From positions 12,847,175 through 12,911,174 of the forward strand of contig MU056000.1 of assembly GCA_013239625.1 (NCBI GenBank): a stretch of 64,000 nt of DNA, written 5' to 3'. This stretch comes from Lama guanicoe. Lineage: Eukaryota. The stretch's first letter is position 1. Each line of letters begins with the position of its first letter. The notes under the pieces were generated by a model. The model was not told the DNA's origin and ran no database searches. It saw only the letters and a list, made by a program, of their open reading frames with translations. The position numbers were made by a program, and so were the translations under genes. Shown one piece after another: positions 1 to 13,054 of the stretch.

Positions 1-2073
1 GTGCTCTTACCAAATAATCTGAAATTGACTCATCATTATCAATTTTGATAATTATGACCAGTTTTGTTCCTCCTAGGGATATTTGAATTTTATGGAAATC
101 AAAACTTACATATTGGTAGTAAATTGTTGATGCTAGTCTAGTAGTTTTTTTTTTTTTGAGCAGTGTTCTCAGTATAACAGGTAGAATGAAAGTGTGCGTT
201 TTGAATTGTTTATGAAGAAGTGGTGATGGGGTACTCTGGATGTGTTTCCTTTCCTACTCTTTGGTTCCTCTTGTCTGTGACCCTGCAGTTAAAGACCTTG
301 ACCTTATAAGACATCTTCTACGGCAACAAATTTAATGGCCTCAGATGCTAATTGGGACATGGATATGAATTATAAGACTCAGGAACAAACCTCGAGTATC
401 TTCCATGCATTGTATATGTTCATTACAAATATACTGAACAATTACATATTTGAATGAAGTGAAAAAATAAAATAACATAGACCAGCGACTTTCTGATTTC
501 AAAATAATTCTAAACTGTTTTCATGAATAATAGTCAGACCCTCAGTGCAAATTCAAATTCTAGTTAGATTGTGAAGTTCTGACATGGAGGGAAGAAAGAA
601 GAAGGTGTGCTGGCTGGGTGCTGTGGTGCGAGAAGTTGGAGGCTGGGCTAAGGGCAAGTGTACTTGCCTTTGAAATTTGAGTGTAGGTCTGCACCCTCAC
701 CTGTGCAATCGGGGCTGTTCTGCCATCCATTCTGCTACTTGTCCCTCCCCTTCTCTCTTCTAGAGTTCTCCTGCCTTACTACTGAAAAGATTTCTCATTG
801 CTGGGCACTTGCTTCCAATTCAGGAGAGCACCTGACTCATTCGGAGAGGTGTCATCCTCCAGGGGAATGGAGTTCCTCAAAACTTAGAAAACAGAAAGAT
901 TGACACCACCATCCTTACAATGACATCTGTGTACATGGGGAAGATGAGATTTGTGCACTGGTTTAGAAATCAAAGTGTAATTTATAATACTTGTTTCCAT
1001 AGGAAAATGTGGTCTGAGGTTTATTTAGCTTCAAAGCATTTTTGGAACATGACATATTGGTGAGTTGGAGATAATGATTTAGAATTCAGATTTAAATAGA
1101 AATTAATTGACAGAAATGTCTGCAACTCTTTATACTATAGTCCAGATATAATTATTTTACTTACTTTCCTTCATAAGTGTACATTTAAATTAAAATAAAC
1201 AATACTCAAACATCTTTATTAAAGCAAATTTTGTCTTTATTCAATTGAAGAAAGTAAATTAAAAAATGTAACTACAAGAACAAAGTTCCACAGTTTACAT
1301 AAGCTTTTTCCATAGTCTATTATTATTATGGCCTTTAAATATATCTAAATCACAATTGCTGTTTAAAAGTTAATCAACATAGGACATTCTTACATTCTTG
1401 CCAAATTCCAAAACAGGGAAAAAACATTTGGGCTGAAAAATCAGAATATACATGTTCTAAAAAAACCATTTGTAAGTCATTTTCACTCCCCAATGCTTTA
1501 ATTTACTAAACAATGATTTAGGATGGCACACTGAATACTTAAGAATTATGCAGATTAAAAAATACTTAAAAACCAAAAACCAAAACTCCGGTGAAACCAA
1601 ATTCTGAAGGTAAATTGTAGTCAGCAGATTTTCTTCTAGTGTGAAATACAGTAATCCCTTCCCAATGCTGAGGTCATCATTCTATCCTTATAGAAGTCCC
1701 ATTGAATATGTTAAGCTGCATTAGAAAAATAGGCTAGAGGGTCAGTGACTAATTCTATAAAGGCAAATGGGGATATTCTGATTTTCACTCAAGTAAAATA
1801 ATAAATAACAAAATTAAGTGAATTTCAATACTACTCTCTGTACTGTAAAACAATAGGAAGTATGCTATGAATTTTAATTCATCTCCTCTTGGTCCATAGG
1901 AACTTTCAGAATTTTTCTCCCCCGAAGTTTATTAATGTGTGTGTGTGTATGTTTCATAATGTCGGTAATCAAAGTCTATTTTTCCTTACATTTACATCTC
2001 AGATGTGTTGGCTCAAAATTCCCATTTCATCCAGTCAACAATTCCAGACAAAGAGTAACTTGGATTCTTGAGA

Positions 2074-2078
<5 letters not shown>

Positions 2079-2114
<36 letters not shown>
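2079..2114. repeat. (CA)n microsatellite, ~18 units
   Basis: Perfect AC run read directly. Confidence 0.97.
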
Positions 2115-2117
<3 letters not shown>

Positions 2118-2339
2118 GGATAGATTTTCTTAACTTTCTTAGCAGAAACAGGGCATTTTTGGACTCTGTACTCATAGATAGGTATTTTCAATGAAAACTC
2201 CATTCTGGAGCTTGTGCCATGATGCTTTGTGACACACTTTCTGGCTTCTTCCATTTCAACAGAGCAATAGATACAATTCTAAGACTAGAGCTTGCTTTCC
2301 TATGTCCTGACAAGCAGTGGTGAAGTTCCTAAGAGGCAG

Positions 2340-3140
2340 TTCCTACTGAAACCACTAGACAGGCTTGCCACACTCCAGTGTAAGGGGACAATGTGCCCGA
2401 ATGGATTTAGACAGTTGTTATTAACAGCACAGAGGACAGCATGGGCTTCCTGTCTGCATCACTTCCCCTGGTCCTCTAGTCCCCAGCGTGGTGATATGGG
2501 GCTGCCCACACAGTGGGTCTGTTACCAAGTCCAAGCTCATACTGCTCACTGCACAACAGGCCAACAAATCCAGAGGCGAGTTGTTGGGGCAAGGAATAGC
2601 AACTTTCTTCAGAAAGACAGCTCACTGAGAAGATGATGGACTAGTGCCCCAAAGAACCATCTTACCTGAGTTAGAATTCAGGCTTATTTTATGCTAAAAA
2701 GGGTGTGGTTGGTTGTTGCAAACTTCCTGGTGTTGGAATCTTTAGTTTTCGCAGCTGTCCCCATACATTGGGTCACAATGTTCCTGTAAACCTCCAAGAC
2801 AAATGTTTCTCTCTGTTCTGCAACAATTTATCTCTATATGAATGGAAAAGTGTTAGATCCTTAAAGGTCAGAGCCTTGAGAATGGGTTATCAGTCTATAG
2901 GCAACAGCCTTTTACAAAAGGTGCAGAACTAGCATGACTAAGCACAGGAAATGGAGCACAGGGTTAAAGCTAAAGGAACAGATCTAGTATGGAGTGAGAT
3001 TTGTTCTTCCCAATTGCAGATCCTTGCTACACTTGAAGAACACTGACCTCAAGAAAGCCCCTATCTTAGAAGGAGACTGCTAGCCTCTGCCTGTCCTTTC
3101 CTCTACAGGCATCATCTTTATCATCCTGGAATGTGTCAGG
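2340..3140. mobile_element. Old degenerate LTR-like element, split by the younger LTR at 2520-3018
   Basis: GC-richer LTR-like sequence flanks both sides of the insert; family not identified. Confidence 0.3.
2520..3018 (-). mobile_element. ERV1-class solo LTR (artiodactyl type)
   Basis: TG...CA termini (tgttaccaagtccaagctc ... caattgca). 4-bp TSD-like flanks ggtc (2516-2519) and gatc (3019-3022). Resembles recalled cetartiodactyl ERV1 LTR consensus. Confidence 0.75.
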
Positions 3141-6100
3141 AAATAGGAAGACTTTATAGCCCTGAATTTAAGCAAATGTGACCCCTGTTCTGAAGCAGCT
3201 TTGCAAATAACCTTGAAAAAAGTTGTCGGTGCCTTTTGTTCAGAAGATGTGCAGAAATAGCAGATCCTTGAAGAATTACCTCCCGACGTTATCTTTCTTC
3301 TTTGCAGAAACTTTACTCCTATTTTGCATTTTGCGTTATTTTATGTATTACAGAAACAGCATTTTGTTGTTGTCCTAATTATTCTCCAGGGCAGCATTTC
3401 TCATTTTACTCATTTACTGACTAGAAGTAAATGCTGGCATTTGAGGTAAAGGGATTTTGCAATTAAGAAGAATTAAAAAAAGTGTTTTTTTCTTGATCAA
3501 AATACTGAACTCTGATTAATTTTTTATGTTGGGGCAACATTAGTGGGGTATTTGACTTTACAGATGGAGACAAATTTGGAAGTATGTGTGCCACTTTGGA
3601 AAAATGCTAATATGATGATGACTTTAAAGAAGTATAGCAATCCATGTATCCCTGAAGAAGGATCGAGAAAAAGAGGTTATGTGAAATTAACAAATACTAA
3701 GTTACTAGGTACAAATTCATATTTTCTTACCTCTGTAGCACCTGAACTCAGTCTCAGGTTATATCACGTCACCATGAAGTGTGTTTTTTGATTCAATGTT
3801 CTTCCCAATGGCCAGATGTCTCAGGATTATGTGGCAGCCACGCTCCATACCTTGCAACAAAACACCCCTGGGATGGAACTTAGAATTGCATGAGTCTAGC
3901 AGAGAGCACTCACATATCCCCCACTGGCAGAGTTTAGAAATGCTTTTGGTTGGTGAGTTCCCAAAACATCTGGCAAAAAAACTTGCTCACATTGGTACTT
4001 TTGCCTTTAGGCTCTTGAGAATTTTTACAAATGCCTAACTTCATCTACGTGGAAGCTCAGAATGAACACTTGAAGAGAGCCAAAATGTCAGAATGTGCTC
4101 CTTGTTTCAAATTTGGTTAGGCAGTTGAGCCAAGGATCTTTAGGATCTTAATATTTCTCAGTATTGGAAACTTGCTGTTGAGGAACAAAGCTAGAGTTTA
4201 GGCGCCAGAAAAGAAGATGTTTGCTGTTCCACTAAGCAAGCAGTGGCCAATACATTATACTGGTTCTCAGGAGGTGGGGTCATGCATGATAACTTACCTG
4301 GTCTTTCCTTTTCTAACAGCAATTGGATGCAAAAGCACCTCTGCTAAAGAACTGATTCTGGGAGGGCTCTGATGGGTGCTCTGGAGGATGAACGGGTCAT
4401 TGCGATGAGGACTGCATTCTCTGAACTTTAGGGACTTTATGAAGGGCTAAATGTCAAGCCAGAATAAGTGTAGGGATTAGTCCTTCTCTCTAAGCAACAG
4501 CTTCCAAAAGCATAAAGATGTGAGCTCATACTTACATGACCTTGGGAAAATTGTTCTGCTTATTATCTCTAAATAAAGGGTATAATGTCACCTTTTTCGA
4601 AGTAAATCAATGATGACATTGAATGTGTTCACTAATGAGAAGAGGGTCTGGAAATATGTAATGTGGTGCATAATTATTAAGTATAATTAAGGAGGAAGTA
4701 CAATCCTCAATAAAGTCTAAATATTACATTTAAATATAAAATCTTAATTAGAATTTTACATTTGAAATACTCAGATACATTACTATGCATTCCTAAAAGG
4801 ATGCTTCATTTAGACATTACAAAAGAATGTCACATGTACCAAAATACAAGGTCATGTACCCCTGTTCTTAAAAACATATGCATTATGAATCTGGAATATA
4901 TGTGTCACAGTCATTCAGTTTATAATAATATGACAGTGCTGCTGTTCAGATTGCATCACAGTTAACCCAGGAAAGAATATTTTGTGTAAGATCATTGACA
5001 TGTGGTCAGCTTGAAATAAGAGCTTCTCAGTGGCATGAAAATTGTGGTTCTGTAACGGGTAACACAATCAGACTAAATTAAATCTTGCTAAAACCACATT
5101 GTGTAAGGGTACTTGTGCTTGATTTTGTTTATTCTGGACATCACAATCTTGACTTTAATGGTTAGGGAGGTTCCACCCACTCTAATGCAGTACAGGAGCA
5201 TGGATGGATTCAAATTGCTTACACGTAATTCAATAGAAATGCTATATGCAGCTTACTTGATTATCAGACGTGTATGCACATGCAATTGTAGGACAGCCAT
5301 TACCAGAATACAGTGCAACAGTGACCTCATACCTCCGATTTCAACATGAAAACTGGTAGATGCCCCGTTTTTCAGATTAGGAGCAAGACTGGGATCTTTC
5401 TAGAGAAATTCCCTCACTGCCTGAATTGTCGAGTTACCACAAAGACCTATTCAATACCATTCCGGCTTCCCAGTTCCATTTAAAGACAAACTTGAGAGCT
5501 CCCTCAGTGCTCAAGGGAGACCAGGCATTTGCTGTTTGTGCTCTTCGTGCTGCCATAACACAGCTCTCCTGAAAGCTGTCCCCCTGCCATTCAGTGCGGG
5601 GACAACACACGTAGGCTGGCACACACCCTGCCCACCCTGAGGTTGGAGGGATTTGTTCTTGGACTTCTCCAGTCAGGGTCGCTGGTTAATACTCACATAC
5701 TCAGACATTCTCCCTGGAGCATGGGTTCTGAGGCAGGATGGCCCGTCCAGGCTGGGCTTCCGGCCGCAGCTGCTCATTTTCCCAGAACCAACCCTGGCAC
5801 CGCAGCCCTGATCTTCCTCCCTCATGCTGGGGTTCCCTTTGGGGGCCCCGGATGTCCCTTTCTGCTACCATAGTTGGGATGATCTCAGTCTATCAGGGAG
5901 CGTTCTCATTTCTACTGCTATGTTATTAAATCTTGGTCCTGGTTCAGGAGCAATGAGAGAAACCTCAGCTCTTGACAAAAAACACATTTTCCGTTTGTAA
6001 ATCTAATTTGTCAGCATCGATGAAAGATATGACTCTTGGATATTTGTATCTGCTGGATTTCATTAGGGAGATTTTGAGGAATTGGTGGGGGTGAGGAGGG

Positions 6101-6549
6101 TATGAGACCATGAAGGGCAATTTCCCAACATGGAAGAAAAGTCACACTTTCACCATTAGTTCAGAAACTTTCTCAGGGTAGGAAAAGAAAAGATTCTGTT
6201 TGAAAGTGACAGAGTCCTGGAACTCTCGTCCAAGGAACTGGAAATAACTTGTCAGTATTTTTCTGTTTGTTTGTTTGTGCTCCAAATTCATTTTTGGTAA
6301 TAGTGGAAGCAATCTGAAACGAAATACAACACTTAAAGCAAATGAAATGAAAGTAAATGCCAGCAGTAAATGGTAAGGAAAAAAAAAAACAATTCAGTGT
6401 ATTCTTCAGAAATCCTGTCTCTTGGGACTGAGTGTTGAAAGTTTCTTATTCTTACTTTTGAAACTTTGCAATCATAACGCTATCCATTGATGTTAAAATT
6501 AGTTCTGTTACTTAATGTCAATTTGTTCTCTTAATAGGACAAGTTTGGC

Positions 6550-6720
6550 CTCACCTAGACCTCAGCTCAGATCAAATCCCTTAATTTCTCTGAGATATTT
6601 TCTTTTTCCTTAGATTTAAAGTGGGAAAAAAAATTCTTATAATTACGAGGATTAAAGAGAACGCATCATATTGGACTTTTCCTGTGTGGTGGGTACTTAA
6701 CCCATGGTAACAACTCTGAT
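6550..6720 (+). mobile_element. MIR fragment
   Basis: cccttaatttctctgag...taaagtggga...gaggattaaagaga resembles the MIR core and 3' part. Confidence 0.45.
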
Positions 6721-7254
6721 TATTATATCTGATATTGGTATAATAATAACAGTTTGTTTTAATCTTTGAGGAATTAGTTATTCCTAACCTTTATGGTAAA
6801 TGCTACTAAACAGAGGTTTTAAGTTCAAGTATCCAAAGTTGTTAGAACAATATTTGACAGTAACATCATCATAATCAAAATGGAAAACAAAGCCATCTGG
6901 CAATAAATAAAGATGTTCGCAGCCTCTGTAAAACACGCATATACTAGAGGTTAAATTGAATTGGAATCACTTTTGGAGTCAGCGTTTATAATGGAACTAA
7001 GGAGTTTCTAATAGAGAAATGTTGAAATAGACACAATTTGCTAGGAACAATGCCTACAATTAGGAAGAATTTCGGTGCCTGGCATCTTCTTCAGTTTCTG
7101 TGTTTCTTTGAAACCTCTATTGCTTGCCTTCTATATTACTCCTTGTATCTTTTTCTTATGGATAAACTTAAGTATTTTTCTTTGAATTCTATCTTCCTAT
7201 TAATTGTGCTTTTGTCTAATGGATTTCCGTTGACCCTCCCCTAATGGGTATTTT

Positions 7255-7770
7255 AACAACAATTTAACAAATATTTATTTGGCACTTTATGTAAACCAAC
7301 ATTGTTCAAAGTCCCAGGACACATGTATAAATAAAATTTGGTCCCTGCTCTCAGGGAAGTTGGTCTATTTTGAGGGACATCTAGAAAACAAGTGATCTTA
7401 CCATAATAATACAATTTGATAGTAACATCATATCTTAGGGTGACGTGGATGGGGAAAAAATTAGAAAATGTTTCTTGGAGGAAAATGAAGCTCTGCTCAG
7501 TCTTTATGAATAAAAAGTTTATAAGTCAGGGAAGCGTAGGGCTGCAGTTCCCAGAATAGGGAACAGCATGAACAAAATTACAGAAGCAGGTACGTGGTGA
7601 TGTGTGTGGCAAACTGAAAATACAGTTTGTAAAGGGCAGGGTTAGGAGTTGCAGGAGATAAAGCTAGAGAGAAACTCAGATGCGAGACAAGGAGGATCCT
7701 GGGTATGAGGCTAAAGTGCTTCAATTTCATCTCAGAGACAATGGGAAGGACTTAGAAGGACAGGGTAACT
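7255..7770 (-). mobile_element. L2 LINE 3' portion
   Basis: aacaaatatttatttggcact...ggtccctgctctcagggaag...cagaatagggaacagcatgaacaaa is a typical antisense L2 3' end. Confidence 0.75.
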
Positions 7771-8096
7771 AAGGAATGCCATTTTATTTAGTGTTCATAA
7801 GTGCTGAGTGGTGGTCACCATGCAAACTAACTCTGACCCATACTAAAGACATTGAGAGTTCAGAAAGACCTTGATGAGTATAGAACGAAGTATTCAACAT
7901 CTGTATTAAACCCATCATACATATCCCATCTCATTCACCCAAAGCCCAGTATCCCCTGAGAAAAATCCAGAGAACTCACTCTTCACCAAGGATTTGAGAA
8001 AGTATTGAGGAAAACACACATTTTATGTAGAATAACTCTTTACTCATTGCTTCTAAGCTAGAAATGCTGGTGGACTACTCTACAAATGAAATGAAC

Positions 8097-8620
8097 TGTT
8101 AGCTTGGATTCTGCCGGAGAGAAGAGCCTACAGGAAAAGCTTCTACTAGGGAATGCAGAACCAAAAAAGCAGTGGTGAGGCAGAGAAGAAGGGAGAATAA
8201 ATATCAGGGTGTGACAACAAATTGGTCACTGTTCGGTGCCACATCAAACCGACAACTGGGTCTTTTGGGAGTGTCTTATGACTATATCACAGAACAGTCC
8301 ATCCAGGAAGATGAAGGGGGAAGAATTTATTCATCAACTCCTGTCTCCCTCGCCCTTCTTCATTTTGTATTTGAAGTCGTCAAGACTGTCTACATGGTTT
8401 CACATCTAAAATTTCACAGGGAAACCCTTGGGCAGGAAATGAGTCACATGTGGTGATGTTGGCATGAGGTAATACAGTGTTGGGCTATATTAACACGAGG
8501 TTAGTCGGAACCCACACAGACAGGGTCACTTCTGTTGTGGCCTGGTGGAGATGGTTGTGGTCAATGTCCCCAGAGACAGCTGAGGCTGAGAAGAATCTGC
8601 AGACTCTATATGGGCATCTC
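8097..8620 (-). mobile_element. Old ERVL LTR (LTR33/LTR41-like)
   Basis: Starts tgttagcttggattc...agagcct...; layout resembles LTR33/LTR41 antisense. Confidence 0.45.
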
Positions 8621-8847
8621 GAGGTCAACAAGGATGAGACAATCACAGTGTGGCAGAGATGGGTAGGCGCATATTTGCCATCAAGGGCTAAGTGGGTATG
8701 ATTTCCCAACAGAATGTGAGAGGCATTATAATTAGATCTCTGAGATTTGTATAACCTGCTAAGCTCTTTCACATAGGCTATTTGATGGCAAGGTATCTAG
8801 GAGTGATACTGATGGTCAACTCAAGATCCTCTTTCTTCAATTGTTTT

Positions 8848-8977
8848 ATTTTTTGGGGATGGAGGTGATTAGGTTTTTATTTATTAACTTTTTTTTTTAA
8901 TGGGAGTACTGGGAATTGAACCCAGGACCTCATGCACGCTAAGCATGTGCTCTACCACTGAGCTATACCCTCCTCCC
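8848..8977 (-). mobile_element. tRNA-Ala-derived SINE (camelid vic-1-like)
   Basis: Reverse complement reads gggtatagctcagtggtagagcacatgcttagcgtgcatgaggtcctgggttcaattcccagtactccc, followed by an A-rich linker, acctaatcacctcc and an A tail. A and B boxes present. Confidence 0.9.
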
Positions 8978-8986
8978 TTCAGTTTT

Positions 8987-10422
8987 ATTTTTTTTAATTG
9001 AAGTATCGTCAGTTTACAACATTGTGTCAATTTCTGGTGTACAGCATAATGCTTCAGTCATACATATACATATGTATATTCATTTTTATATTCTTTTTTA
9101 TTATAGGTTACTATGAGATATTGAATATAGTTCCCTGTGCTATACAGTATAAACTTTTTATTTACCTATTTTATATATATTAGTTAGTATCTGCAAATCT
9201 CGGGCTCCCAATTTATCCCTTCCTATGCCTTTTCCCCTCTGGTAACCATAAATTTGTTTTCTATGTCTGTGAGTCTGTTTCTGTTTTTTAAATAAGTTAA
9301 GTTGTATTTCCTTTTTTTTTAGATTCCACATATAAGTGATATCATATGTTTTTTTCTTTCTCTTTCAGGCTTACTTCACTTAGAATGACAATCACCAGAT
9401 CCATCCATGTTGATGCAAATGACATTATTTTATTATCTTTTATGGCTGAGTAGTATTCCGTTATATAAATACACCACAGCTTCTTTATCCAGTCATCTGT
9501 CGATGGACATTTAGGTTGCTTCCATTTCCTGGCTACTGTAAATAGTGCTGCTATGAACATTGGGGTGCATGGTCTTTTTGAATTAAAGTTCCCTCTGGAT
9601 ATATGCCCAGGAGTGGGATTGCTGGATCATATAGTGAATCTATTTTTAGTTTTTTGAGGAATCTCTATATTGTTTTCCATAACGGCTGCACCAGACTGCA
9701 TTCCCACCAGCAGTGTAAGAGGGTTCCCTTTTTTCTACACCCTCTCCAGCATTTATCTATCATTCAGGGACTTTTGAATGATGGCCATTCTGACTAGTGT
9801 GAGGTGATACCTTATTGTAGTTTTAACGTTCATTTCTCTGATAATTAGCGATATTGAGATTTTTTTCCATGTGCCTATTGGCCATTTGTATGTCTTCATT
9901 GGAGAATTCCTTGTTTAGGTCTTCTGCTCACTTTTGGATTGGGTTTTTTTTTTTTTTTGGTTGTCGTTATTAAGTTTATATATTCTAGAAATTAAGCCCT
10001 TTTCAACCTCATCTTTTGCAAATATTTTCTCCCATTCCATACGTAGGTTGTCGTTTTGTTTTGCTTATGGTTTTCTTTGCTGTGCAAAAGCTTATAAGTG
10101 TAATTAGGTCCCATTTGTTTATTTTTGATTTTATTTCTATTGCTTGGGTAGACTTCCCTGAGAGAACATTGCTGAGATTTATGTCAGATAATGTTTTGCC
10201 TATGTTGTTTCCTAAGAGGTTTATAGTGTCTTGTCTTATGTTTAAGTATTTAACTTAGCATTAACTTAAACATTTTGAGTTTATTTTTGTGTATGGTGTG
10301 AGGGAGTGTTCTAGCTTCATTGATGTACATGCTGCTGTCCAGTTTTTCCAACACCATTTGCTAAAGAGACTGTCTATACTCCATTGTATATTCTTGCCTC
10401 CTTTGTCAAAGATTAATTGATC
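8987..10422 (-). mobile_element. 5'-truncated L1 (artiodactyl/camelid type): ORF2 C-terminus plus 3' UTR
   Basis: ORF track peptides MFIAALFTVARKWKQPKCPSTDDWIKK and [14 protein letters not shown]...LFSKWCW are L1 ORF2. Poly-T tail at ~8984-8995; TTTT/AA site at 10434-10439. Confidence 0.96.
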
Positions 10423-10889
10423 ACCATCAGTTGTTTTAATATAAGCATCCCAACTCCCATGAATAGAGACCGGGCTTGAGTAAACATAATGGATGTTATA
10501 TGGCCCTTCTCCCAATATGATAAATCCTCAGTGTGTTCAGAGACACAGAATGTTCTGAAGGAAGAAAACAATTGTGTTTCCTTAGGGAAGAGCCTTGTAA
10601 CATGACAGAAATATTCTGGAAACCTTTCTTTAGTCTTCCCCATATGGTTTTTGTTCATTTGCATAGATGATAGATAGTGTAAATGGAAAACATCTAGGCT
10701 TTTCAGGAGTGATTGGTGTTGGCTCTTAAGTAACACAAATGTCTCAGGACTCAGAACATCAGGAGATCAATGTAGCTTTGACTGGAGTCCAAACTGCAAG
10801 AAGCTGACTGGGACCCTACCCGTATTCTAAGCATACCAGGTTCATAAGGTACCTTTGGAGGCAGATGTCCTTCACACCAAGAAGAATCT

Positions 10890-11580
10890 TCACAATGATC
10901 AACATTTAAATTACTCTCTTTAAATTCACTAATCTCTCTTTTCTAACCTGTTATCTCATCTAGAAACCTGTGCCGCATGAACCTTCATCATCACTGATGA
11001 ACCCAACCACCTGCCTTCCCTGGGTTTACATCTGTGAAGCAGAGCACTTCTTAGAGAAAACACACCCACACAAACACAGAAATCAAACTGATGCCAATAT
11101 AAATTTAAGTTTCTAATACTCTATCTCTTTAGACAGTTTGCTTTCATGCCACTCACAGCAACAACTTGAAATCTTTTCTGGTCTTCTAACGCTCCAGTAG
11201 CCCATGCTTATTTGCACTTTCTGCAAAGAGAAGCTTGCCTCCTTCTTGAAAGACTAAATAAAGGTCATCAGATGGGAATGTCCTCAATTTTCTACCAAAA
11301 ATGTGAAAGTCAGAGTGCTTCTACAGTCACACTCCTCTTTTCCTTTCATATTGCAATACAGGAGGTGTCCTTTCATGCTTCAAAAGCTGGTGTATCCCTG
11401 TAGGCCCTAGATTCTCATTCTCATAGGGTTCTCTCTCTTTCATGTGTTCTTCACTTTTTTTTTTTTCCTTTCAGGCCTTGTTTGAGTCTCTCCTCGCATA
11501 GGAATACTTCCCTGGACTCAGCACCCTCATGCTGTGTTATCCCTGCACCCCACCTCCTTCTCTTCATTGCTACAAGTTGG
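10890..11580 (+). mobile_element. L2 internal (ORF2 region) fragment
   Basis: gatgaacccaaccacctgccttc...agagcacttcttagagaaaa...gcttgcctccttcttgaaagactaaataaaggtcatcagatgggaatgtcctcaa resembles the L2 body. Confidence 0.65.
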
Positions 11581-11763
11581 GGCTCCTTCTCTCCATCACT
11601 ATGTGGAGGAAAGGGCCAGAGGATTTTATTATCTTGCAAGAGAAATTTAGTGGGCACAATGTTCAGCAGATGGGAAGAATGTGAAAAAGAGCATGAGAGC
11701 CAAGAGATGCATTTGTTTTAGGTCAAGAGAGCATAGTGAGTTACAGGGGTGAGATTGGTAGGA

Positions 11764-11917
11764 CAGTGTTTCCTAATGAGAAAATTCAACTTCACTCAGG
11801 TTAAAATACATATTCCTAGTTTTCACCCCACGGCTAATCCTGAGAACTAGAATTTTGAATTTTTAACAAGTGCTGTGGATGATTTTTATGATGAGGCAAA
11901 TATGAGAAGTGTAGCTT
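11764..11917. mobile_element. MER5-like hAT-Charlie DNA transposon fragment
   Basis: cagtgtttcctaa...ttttaacaagtgc...gatgattttt matches the MER5 pattern. Confidence 0.5.
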
Positions 11918-12647
11918 TAGAGGGTATGTGTGTGTGTGTTTCTGTGTATGGGTGCTGGTATTGAATACCAGCTGTTAAACAGATATGAGGAGTTTGGAGA
12001 ATCTGAGTTCTAAGAGTTTCCTGAAGCTCCATGGATCCTTGGGCCACACAGAATCACCTGTGGCTTGAGCAGTCGATGATTTTCCATTGAGATGTGGTCC
12101 CTCAGATGTTCCTTTTGCTCCTCAGCTGGCATCGGTGGTTGGTACAGCAGAATGGGCACAATGAGGCAAGTGAGTCTCAGGTTCTAACTGTGCTGTGACA
12201 ATACTTTAGAAGCCTGGAGCCTTAAAAGCTTGCAGGAATGTCAGTCCAGCAGTGGTGTTCACAGGGAGCATCTGGGGGACATTCTTGGCTCACCTTAGTA
12301 TAAGGCTTTTATCATGTTAAACCAAAACATTGTTAAAAGGCTAAACTAGGGCCAAGATGAGGAACAGAGCCAAGAAATACTTGAGAAGATCTTGTGATTG
12401 ATTATAAGAGAGAGGCAGAGATATACAAGAATTTTCTGCCTTGGAAGACTAGGTAACTAGTAGCATCATTGACGGAGACAGAAAATGTAGGACAAAGAGC
12501 ATGTTTGCCAAAGTAAAAGGGGTGAATTTTGAATACGTTGACTTTGCAATGTCTTTGTTACATTTGTTACATTCACATAAAGATGTTTAATGTTATATGT
12601 TTCTGGAACTCAATAGAAAGTTATAGCAAATGATTTAGATTCCATAG

Positions 12648-13008
12648 CCTGATGGTTAATTTTATATATCAATTTGGCTGAGTGGTGGTACCTAGCTACT
12701 TGGTCAAATATCATTCTTAATTTTTCTGTAAATGTGTTTTTTTAATGAAATTCACATTTAAATTGGTGGACTTTTAGTAAAGCAGATTGCCCCCCATAAC
12801 ATGGGTAGACTTCATCCAATCGGTAAAGGCCTGAATAGAATAAAAATTTGGCCTTCCCCCAGCAAGACAGAATTCTGCCAGCAGACTACCTTTGGGCCTA
12901 GACTGCATCTTTTTCCAGGGTCTCAAGCCTGCAGTCCTACCCTGACTCTGCAGATTTTTGAACTTGAACATCCACAATTGGGTTAGCCTGTTCCTTAAAG
13001 TAAGTCAA

Positions 13009-13054
<46 letters not shown>

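Larger units (their letters stand above)
7780..10830 (+). mobile_element. ERVL-class internal (gag-pro) relic, interrupted by an LTR, a SINE and an L1
   Basis: Collinear pieces at ~7780-8095 (ccagagaactcactcttcaccaagg), ~8630-8830 and ~10440-10830 (agtcttccccatatgg...ttttcaggagtgattggtgttggctct) resemble ERVL/ERV3-16A3-like gag-pro. No intact ORF. Confidence 0.6.

Noticed and set aside
3543..4038. Tandem ORFs following tttacag (possible exon or processed pseudogene)
   Set aside because: No recognisable protein similarity in any frame, and no poly-A tail or TSD.
5498..5520. IRE-like hairpin ctccct-cagtgc-tca-agggag
   Set aside because: Three extra bases after the CAGTGN loop break canonical IRE geometry, and there is no host mRNA.
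9342..10515. ORFs with protein-like sequence (also 16961-17203 and 19810-20004)
   Set aside because: These are fragments of L1 ORF2 or its antisense frames in truncated copies, not host genes.
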